The position numbers and the translations under genes were made by a program. DNA of 64,000 nucleotides from Vicugna vicugna (Eukaryota), in contig MU058252.1 of the NCBI GenBank assembly GCA_013265495.1, forward strand, positions 186,001 to 250,000, given 5' to 3'. Shown in pieces: positions 52,560-64,000 of this stretch. Every line of letters starts with the position of its first letter. The first letter of the stretch is position 1. A model generated the notes under the pieces. The model was not told the origin of the DNA, did no database searches, and saw only the letters and a program-made list of their open reading frames with translations.

Positions 52560-53221
52560 GAAAGAAAATACGGTAGCACAGCTACAGCACAGCACAAAAC
52601 AGAAACCGCCAGAACGCAGTACGGCAGCCGGTGTCCGGCAAAACTTTGGTTTTAGTTGTGTTTGGGGGCGTTTGTGGCATGAGTGTGTGTTTATGCTGAA
52701 CTGAGAAGTCAAAATCTAAAAAGACCCACCGTGACATATCTGCCCTGAGGTGTCCAGGGCCAAGGGAAAGACAGGCAGAGGGTAGGAAGTCCCCAGTGCC
52801 CGGGCACACCTGCCCACGTGCACAGGGAGCGGGGAAAGCAAAGGGTGGGAGGGGAAGAGGAGCAGGACTCCCTCGGCTTGGGACGCGAGGGCTTGGCTGT
52901 ATTGCCTGAGGCTGCAGGGAACCACGTGGCCCTTGGTAAAATCAGATGCATAGCCTGTCTCCACTGCCCACCTTGGAGCATCTGGATTTGGTCCTGTTTT
53001 AAGGAGCAAGAGTGGCACTGCCTATGAAGAGACCCCAAATGGAAGGCCCCAGAATTCAGCAGCCCACCCCATGCGGGGCTCCTCTCTGCCACGCCCCTGG
53101 AGAGCCTGAGTTTAAGTGAATTAAAGGAGCTCAAGGTCCCAGTGGGCAGTCCCCAGTCCACAGCCCCCAGGGCTATGTCCTTCCAGGGCTCGGACCTCTC
53201 CAGGCCTCAGCAGGCAGTTCA

Positions 53222-53659
<438 letters not shown>

Positions 53660-53942
53660 CTAGGGATGACGCCTCACTGCTCTAACCTCCAGGTTCTTAT
53701 GTGTGAGGTGTGGAGACCAGCTCCTGCCTGGGGCTCTTGTAAGGATTAAAGATGATCACCTAGAGCCTGGTCTGGCCCCCGCCCCAAAGTGAGAGCTCTC
53801 CCCGTTAACAAGCTCACAGGCAAAAGGAGGGTGACGTACCTCTCAGGGTCCTCCCCAGTGCTAACTGGGACCTCCTGAACATGGAGTGTGACTCTGGTGG
53901 GCTGATCCGTGCTCACTGCACCAAGAGGAGTCCCCACGGTCA

Positions 53943-54269
<327 letters not shown>

Positions 54270-54489
54270 TCATGTCTCAGTGTGAGCACACATTCGTGAT
54301 GCACACACAAAGACGCCCAGGCACACCCGCCCCTCCGCTCTGCCTTGTGCCTCTACCCTGGTGTCCCAGCACCCAAATGTGCCATGATGGAGGCCCCTGG
54401 GACTTAGAGACCCCACTCTGGCTCATCTAGCACCCTCCCTCTCCTCTGTCCCGGGCTCTTTCTAGACCCTGGGCCACTGGCTTTTCCTA

Positions 54490-54921
<432 letters not shown>

Positions 54922-55373
54922 TCAGTGTTGGGGGCAAATGAGGAGTCGGGGCTCTGTAGCCCTCGGGGGTGGTGGCAGGGGGCAACGGAGGTGAGATCTC
55001 CAAAGACTTCCTCCCAGAACCTCTTCATAATAGAAGCACCTCCCAGGCGATGGGCCCAGCACAGAGTCACATTAATCTTCGTGCTAGCTCTGTGACAAAG
55101 GGCTCACGGTCCCCATGATGAGAATGAGGAAATGGGCTCAGAAAGGTGCACCCACCCTAAGATGCCTGGCCAGAGGACCCACTAGCTTCCAGGGCACTTT
55201 CGTGGGACTCAGAAGCCAGTGGCCACTTTGGACAGGCACATTAGGAAAAGGGGAGCTCTCTGGACCTCTAAAACCAGGGAGAAGCTCATATGGAAAGGAG
55301 AGCAGGCCCAGATTAGCTAGGGCACCTGCTGTGGATCTGCGGCCCTCCTTCTCTCACAACCCCCTTGGCCTCA

Positions 55374-56363
<990 letters not shown>

Positions 56364-57327
56364 CTAATGTCCCTTCATGCCACTGGCCCAAGGACCCAGC
56401 CACCCAGATCCAGGTCCCCTGGCATCCGGGGAAGAGAGACCAAGACACTCCCACCCTCCCCTTACTCGCCCTGGACCAGAGCAGACGTTCAGAAGTGACC
56501 ACCCAGCCTGCAAAGGCTCACCTCACGTCCTGCCTCCTCCTCACTCAGGCAGAGGCAGGCTCGCCACCCAAACCAGGTGGCAGTAGCCACGTCACCCTTT
56601 CTCCCCAAACTAGGCAGAGCTGAAGACAGCTTTCCCACACTGTCCCAGGAGCTTCTGTCTGTCCCCCTGTGGCCTCCCCCTACCCCTCAGAATCCCCAGA
56701 CTTTCCCAGCCTGGCCCTGTCTTCCCTGGGCAGCCAAACCCAAGGCTCCCCACCCCCTTGAGAGCCAAGGTTGAAGACCCCACGGGAGCAGCACTAAGTG
56801 TCAGGGCCCCGCATCCTCCAGCCTCTGTGCAGTGGGTGGAGCCCCAAAGATTCCCATTTATAGTCAAGCTGGGGATTCCCCTGCAACCACCGCCCGCCCC
56901 CCCCAGGTGGGCTTCAGAGAACATCTCCTTAGAAGAAGTAAGTAGAAGTTAAGACGGGCCATAGTTAGGGGCTTAGCCACCCTGGGGTGGCCACAGGGGC
57001 TCCAGAGGCACATGATGAGGGTGGCTGGGAACATCTGAGGCCTGCGGCAGAGGAGGGAGCATGTGGCTTCCAGGTCCCCACTTCTGCCCTGCTTTCAGCC
57101 CAAGCCACCTGTTCCTTAAGGCAGAGAACATGGGGCAGTGACCTTTGGGGAGTCAAGTGGGTACTGAAAAATTGGAACTGACCAGAGCCCTCGCAGACTA
57201 GGAAGCGAAAGAAGGGGCTCCTTGCCCGGCTCTCCGGGGACTGTGCTGGACCACACCTGACAGATGTGGTCCTGCCCCTCCTCCCCGAGTCTGCCCACAG
57301 CAGGACTAGCACCACCCCAATGTACAA

Positions 57328-57340
57328 ACACACACAGACA

Positions 57341-57385
<45 letters not shown>
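57328..57385 (+). repeat. (CA)n microsatellite in the KCNH2 intron between exon 1b and exon 6
   Basis: Direct reading. Confidence 0.97.
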
Positions 57386-57388
<3 letters not shown>

Positions 57389-58380
57389 ACAAGCCCAGAA
57401 CACAAGCCCTGGACCCACAGACCTCATCCTACAGGGGCTAGGCTCAGCCCTGGAACCACCAGTTTACCATACGGCCTTGGGCCAGCGTGCAACCTCCCCT
57501 GACCTGCCAAACCCTGGTTCCTCACCTGTGGCCGAGAAGACTCTCCCCCACAACTGTCCCCCAGCCGCGAGGAGCGTAAGAGCCAAGACAGACAGCTCAG
57601 CTGCCAGGTGGGAGTCTCAGACTCACCCCTGAGCCACTCCAACGCCCCCCTGCCATCCTCCCTGAGCTTGCTCCTGGCTCTCTCACAGAAGCCCCTGGGG
57701 GCAGAGAGGTGGCTCCCAGGAGGTGCCTACACAGTCATCAGCCTGGGGAGCCACCAACACCTCAGGCTGCCCCAAAAGAGGTGAACCAGGTGTCCCAGCT
57801 CAGCCTGCCCTCACTACTCATCCAGTGGCCTCTGACCCCCAGCCTCCTCAGACTCCAGGCCCCAAACCTAGACCCCAGAAGCAGCCCACACCTCCCTCGT
57901 CTACCACAGGGTTCACCCCAGCACACGGAGTGCTGGAGGGATGGAGCCCCAGGGCATCCAAGCCAGGCCGGGCTGCTGCCCGCCAGCCCTCCCACTCTCC
58001 CAGCCTGCTGAGGGAGGTGGGGTGAAAGCAGGAGGCACACTCTTCCCCCATCTCCCCACCATCCTCTCTGGGCACCCATTTCATTCCTGTTCCCCTCTCT
58101 TCCTTTTACGTCTCAAGCTAGAAGACTGGACCACGGAAGCCCACGGAGAGCAGAAGCCCTGGCAACGAAAACACTGTCCACCTAGCCTGGCAGGCCTGGG
58201 AAGAGCAGGCTGGAGCCAAGAGTGGTATGAATGGGGCCACAGACCCCATGGCTCCCCAAACCATCCTGCATTTCTGAAGCCCTCTCCCCGCCTGGAACCA
58301 GAGCCCTCTGGGCCACATCTGACTTGTGGTCTCAGTGCCCCAGCCCCGGAGGGAAAGGGAGGGACTGGGGGATCACCTAC

Positions 58381-58488
58381 CTCCTGGGCCACCAGGCTGG
58401 AGATGCGTACGGCCCGTCTCACCCGGCCTTTCTGGGCCCTGGGCTGCAGGGCCCCTGTCCCGCTCGCCTTCCCCGCTGGGGCTGCCAT
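58381..58488 (-). CDS. KCNH2: KCNH2 alternative first coding exon 1b (ERG1b 36-aa N-terminus), splices to exon 6
   Basis: MAAPAGKASGTGALQPRAQKGRVRRAVRISSLVAQE, 108 nt. ATG context tccATGG, donor |gtaggt, phase 0 matching exon 6. Confidence 0.96.
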
Positions 58489-59400
58489 GGAGGACTTGGC
58501 TCCCCCCAGCCTGCCTGCCCTAGGGCCCTAGGGCCCAGCCAAGCACCTCACCTGCTCCCCAACAGCAGTCCCAGCCCAGGCTGTGCCCCAGAGACTGGCG
58601 GCCTGGCTCCCGAGGCAGCCTCTGGCATAAAGCCAGGGTCGCCAGGGCTGGATCTCGGGGCTGGGGTCACCCTGGCAGTGAGCGTGGATAGCGGCCCGCC
58701 TGGCTCGGGCTGCCCATGGCCCCCTGGTGCGGGCCCCGCTGCCAGAGTGCCGCGCTGTGCCTGCTGCCAGCCCAGCAGCCGCTAGGCGGTCGGTCGGAAC
58801 CTCGGCTCCTCCAGCCGGCCCCTCCTCCTCCCGGGTCCCCACCCCCACCCGCCACACTGCCCTCCCCCGCCCCGCCCCGCCACCTCCCCCTCCCCCAGCA
58901 GCCCGGCCTGTCACCACAGATTAATGGTCTCCCCGACACCCCCGCCCCGCCGGTCCAGTGCCCAGCCAGCCAGAGTCAGACACCCAGAGATGGAGAGACT
59001 GCCCGGTGACCAAAGAGCCAGGAACACGCGCGCATGCTGACACACACAGACGCACAGACCACAACACGACAGCACACACGGTGGGCACCGGAGCAGGGCA
59101 GAAGCCTGGGCTCCAGGTGGGGCAAGAGAGAGGCAGGGACGGGAAGGGGTGAGGAGTAGGCAGCCAGATATGGGGCCTAGGGTGTGGGAGAACGTTCTGG
59201 AGTCCAGGCCAAGGGGCTGGAGACCTGGCAGGGGCCCAGAGAGCCAGAGGCAGCAGCGGGAGCAGGGCCAGGAGGAGGGCCGAGGAGGCAGCGAGCAAGA
59301 GCGGACAGCTCCCTCACTCCGGCCAACTAGGGGAGCTGCTGTGGGAGGGACAGGAAGGGGCAACGGGGACTGAGGCGAGGCAGGCGTGTGACAGAAGCCC
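58489..59400 (-). promoter_or_regulatory. ERG1b 5' UTR/internal promoter region, GC- and CpG-rich with GC boxes
   Basis: Immediately upstream of the exon 1b ATG; many CpGs; repeated ccccgcccc Sp/KLF-like boxes at ~58865-58880 and ~58939-58950. Confidence 0.7.
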
Positions 59401-60009
59401 CCACAGTTCCTGCTTCCAACTCCTGAGCCTCCCCCACCCTACCCCGAAGGCCAGGACCGTGAAGGGGCTGAGATGGACTGCGCAGTGGAGGTGATGCCAA
59501 CCACCTTACTGCCAAAAGGCGGTAGGAGACCAGCAGGTCTTGCCACTGGACAGTGCCCCCCAAGGCTGGCAATCTCTGACCCAGGATTCAGGGACTTGAT
59601 CCTCTGTATCTGTGCCCCCACCACCACACCCTCCCCTCCCAACACGGGAAGGAAACTCTCCTCTCTTGTGGTTTGGGGAAAGGATGGGCACCTCTAGGGC
59701 ACCCTGGCCCTAGCACCCTCTGACTGGCTCATCATATTGGCCTAGAAGAATCAGGACCCCCCAGTCTTGACCTCTGTGGCCTCTTCTAATTTGAAGTTTC
59801 CTGTTGGTTTGCCCCCCAGTGCTCTCCTACCACAAGGTGTGAACAGACCCTGTTGTGCCCCTCTGGAGGCCTTCTCCTACCCACCCTGACCCTCCCAGGG
59901 GCCCAGCCTCAACTGCCATGTCCTCCCTGAGACCCATCAACCTGTCCTCTGTATCTGCCCCATCCCAATGCTACCTCCTCTCCAGTCCTCTTCTCTCCAG
60001 GACCTCTCA

Positions 60010-60522
<513 letters not shown>

Positions 60523-60971
60523 TCAATGAAGCCAGCTCAGGAGAGAGGGGCAGAGTCACTGAGAAACAAGCAAGGACAGGCCCCTCCCCAAGTAAAGGAA
60601 GCAGTCTGAGATGCAACTATGAGATGACAAAGGAAGAAAAGCCTCCATAAGGGCCTGTTCAGCGGGCCCTGAGGGCCTGCCAGAGGCCCAGGTAGGGGCA
60701 GGACAGAGATGCCTCTCCCGCCCTCCAGACTCCCCATGGCCATCCCCACTCCAGCTGGGAGAGCCAGCTGCAGGGCCAGCAGGGCTCTGAGAGTGGAAGA
60801 ATGCAGGGGGATAAATGCATGATTAATGCACTAAAAGGCCACTTAATGGGATTAAATATGGGCTTAATGGGATTTCCGTCTCCCAGGCACACTGGACAGG
60901 GCAGGGAGGGAGGAAGCTGAGGTCCTGGAATGGGGCAGGCCTGGGGTGGGGACGCGGCCAGGCGGTTCCTA

Positions 60972-61616
<645 letters not shown>

Positions 61617-61679
61617 CTACTGCACAGAACTCAAGTCTCCAGAAAAGTCTAGAATACAACCTTATCTAAGGCTCTGGCA

Positions 61680-61895
61680 ATAATAAACCACCATTTCTTG
61701 AGCCTCACATCACCGGGGTCTCTACACAAACTGTTTGAGACTCTCACAGCTGCACTAGTGAGTACCATTATGTCTCCATTTTAGACCTGAGGAAATTTAG
61801 GCACCAATGAGCTGTGCGATTGGTAGGAGGTCACACAGTGAATGGCAGGGCCTGCGTCTGAATGGAGCAGTGATGCCATGGGCTCCTGCCATGAC
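61680..61895 (-). mobile_element. MIR in KCNH2 intron 3
   Basis: ctccattttagacctgaggaaatttaggcac…aggtcacacagtgaatggcaggg. Confidence 0.7.
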
Positions 61896-62484
61896 TTGCC
61901 ATCTTGCAGATGGCACCTGTGGAACAGGTAGGGCCAGCATTATTAACATCGCCATTTCAGAGCTTGAGAAACCAAGAGGTGATTTTTTTTTCCTGTGACT
62001 CTAAGGGAATACTTAAAATTAGACCCAAGAGGGCCTTGGTTGGGGGCAAGGGGGATGACCCTGAGCCTTTGAGTCACAGGAGGATAAAGTGAGGTCCCCA
62101 GCCACGGAGACCACTCCCCTCGCATCCTCTTCTCAATTAGCCGAGGCCACAGCAGGGAGCTGGCCAGACCGGGAACAAGGACCAGAGGCAGAAACTTCAC
62201 GGAGTTGAATCCATGAGAGAGACTGAAACTTCTGATGAGCAGAGGGAACCACTTGGAAGCGGCCAGGGCCATCTGGGAAGGGTGAATCCCCGATCCCTGG
62301 GGCAGGAGAGAGGACCACTCCCAGGAGATGATGTGGTGGAAACCCAAGCAGGTAAGGCTGTGAAACCAGTTCTGATCCTGCCCCAAGGACCTGTGAATCT
62401 GGACTCAGTCAGTCACTCCACTCCCGTCTGTCCATCCTGAGCCAGATGGGACCAGCCGTATTCTCCGTGTTCTCGCCCCCATCT

Positions 62485-62622
62485 TTTTGTTTTGTTTTGT
62501 TTTACTTTGAGGGGGAGGTAATTAGGTTTATTTATTTATTTTTAATGGAGGTACTGGAGATTGAACCCAGGACTTCATGCATGTTAAGCAGCTCACTCTA
62601 CTACTGAGCTGTACCTCCCCCC
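62485..62622 (-). mobile_element. Camelid SINE in KCNH2 intron 3
   Basis: ggggaggtaattaggtttatttattt…ggaggtactggagattgaacccaggac…ctctactactgagctgtacctcccc. Confidence 0.9.
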
Positions 62623-62747
62623 TACCATCTTTGAAAGAATCCCTTGCACACCCCTTCCTGCGGAGCATTGGCCTTGGGTAGCATCATGATCCCAGGGAAG
62701 GGAAACCAGGTGTTCCTGCACCAGCCCAAGAGCACAGCTGCACCTAC

Positions 62748-62912
62748 CGGGGGCCAGCCAGCTGGTGGGGGCGGCGCGGTGATTGGTGTCACGGGCTGGG
62801 GACCCCACCATGTCTTTCTCCATCACCACCTCAAAGTTGAGGATGAACATGATGACAGCCCCATCTTCGTTCTTCACGGGCACCACATCCACCAGGCACA
62901 GGAAGCAGCTCC
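62748..62912 (-). CDS. KCNH2: KCNH2 coding exon 3 (end of PAS/PAC domain), 165 nt; exons 1-2 lie outside the window
   Basis: Translates [39 protein letters not shown]..., the ERG1 PAC region. Acceptor ctgcag|GG, donor G|gtaggt; length matches human exon 3. Confidence 0.98.
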
Positions 62913-63264
62913 CTGCAGAGCGGGGACACAGCCGCTGTGGTACCAGGCGGGATGGACCCCCGAACCTAAAGGGGCCTGTCCACTTCTGCCTCCCCCACTG
63001 CTCCCACAAACAGTCTCGCCCCTTCTTGCCAGTGTCTCCTGCCCCAAGCCCTCCTCCTGCCACATGCCTGAGTCTCTTCCCCAGTCTGGCCGCTCCAGCT
63101 TGTTGCTCTCAAAGCCCGCCCTTTCTCTCTCTCTGCTTGTCTTGTTTCTCCAGCAGCCCCTCCCTATGTGCAGTCTCCTCACACTGGCTGATGCTCCTTT
63201 CTCCCCGCATTGTTTCATCTTCTTCCCTAACCTCTCAATGTATCTCTGCTTTCCCTCGTGCAAG

Positions 63265-63485
63265 GCAGCGCAGCCTGGTGGTTAAGCCCAGAGACTTTAG
63301 GCTCAGGATCTCAGGGTTCAGATCCCAGCTCTGCTGCCTCGTCAGATGTGCCTCACTTTCCCCATCTACAAAATGAGAATGATAATCATTCTTTCCTCAT
63401 AAATTGTACAGATTAAATAAGTCAACACGTGCCAGGTGCCTAGGGCAATGCTAGGCGTGCACTGAACACTATAGACAGGTTAGCA
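63265..63485 (+). mobile_element. MIR in KCNH2 intron 2
   Basis: gcagcctggtggttaag…gggttcagatcccagctctgc…gcctcactttccccatctacaaaatgagaatgataat. Confidence 0.85.
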
Positions 63486-64000
63486 GGTGCGCTGTCTGTC
63501 TCTGTCTTTTCCCTACGTCAGTACCCAATTGTTGTGTCATCTACAGCATGGTAAGTTCAGAAGTTGAGAGCAGGAGTTTCAAAAATTTGGCATTGCCACA
63601 ATATCCAAGCACATGATTTTTGTATTTCACACAAGCATTGGTCTATAACTTACTAGAAATAAAACTGATCCTTCACCAGAGCCGAGAAGCACTGCTTCTA
63701 CACCTTTCATCAAAGTCACTCATCTTTTTCTCTGTTCTTGGATTTTTTTTTCCCTCCCAATCTCTCTCTCTCTCTGGCCACCAGAGCCCCTATTCTAGGT
63801 GATACCAGTCCACCAGGTCAAATGTACCCAGTCCACCTGGGTCCCTGTCCAACTCTGCTCCCTGTCCAGTGCACGGCCCCCTCACCCTCCCCTCTGCTGA
63901 TTTCTGAAAGAAACCGTGGTGCGCTCTCAGGCTCCGCCTAAAGCCTAGCTCAGGACCCCCACCTGCAGGAAGCCCTCCTGGATGCAACAAGGTGCGTTAA

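Overview
Mammalian genomic DNA, very probably from a camelid (camel/alpaca/llama lineage), judged from its tRNA-derived SINEs and young L1 3' ends. The right quarter (~48.1-64 kb) holds the minus-strand KCNH2 (ERG1/Kv11.1) gene. Coding exons 3-15 and the alternative first exon 1b can be read with GT-AG boundaries and phase continuity. The ERG1b CDS is complete (2439 nt, 812 aa); exons 1-2 of ERG1a lie beyond the window end. The left ~48 kb is downstream intergenic DNA, mostly L1/L2/CR1/MIR/MaLR/ERVL/hAT remnants and camelid SINEs, with a few non-repetitive islands carrying CTCF and cardiac TF-like motifs. I found no convincing novel protein-coding system. The most notable observations concern KCNH2 isoform biology: (1) a clean 7-aa deletion in the last exon; (2) the intron-9 'USO' tail is frameshifted and stop-interrupted although an AGTAAA poly(A) signal is present; (3) ERG1b lacks the human RPR ER-retention motif; (4) CTG instead of ATG at the isoform-3.1 start position. 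There is also a co-oriented CTCF motif cluster, several enhancer-like islands and one speculative spliced small ORF. Comparisons to human/mouse sequences are from memory and need alignment; repeat subfamily names and repeat boundaries are approximate.
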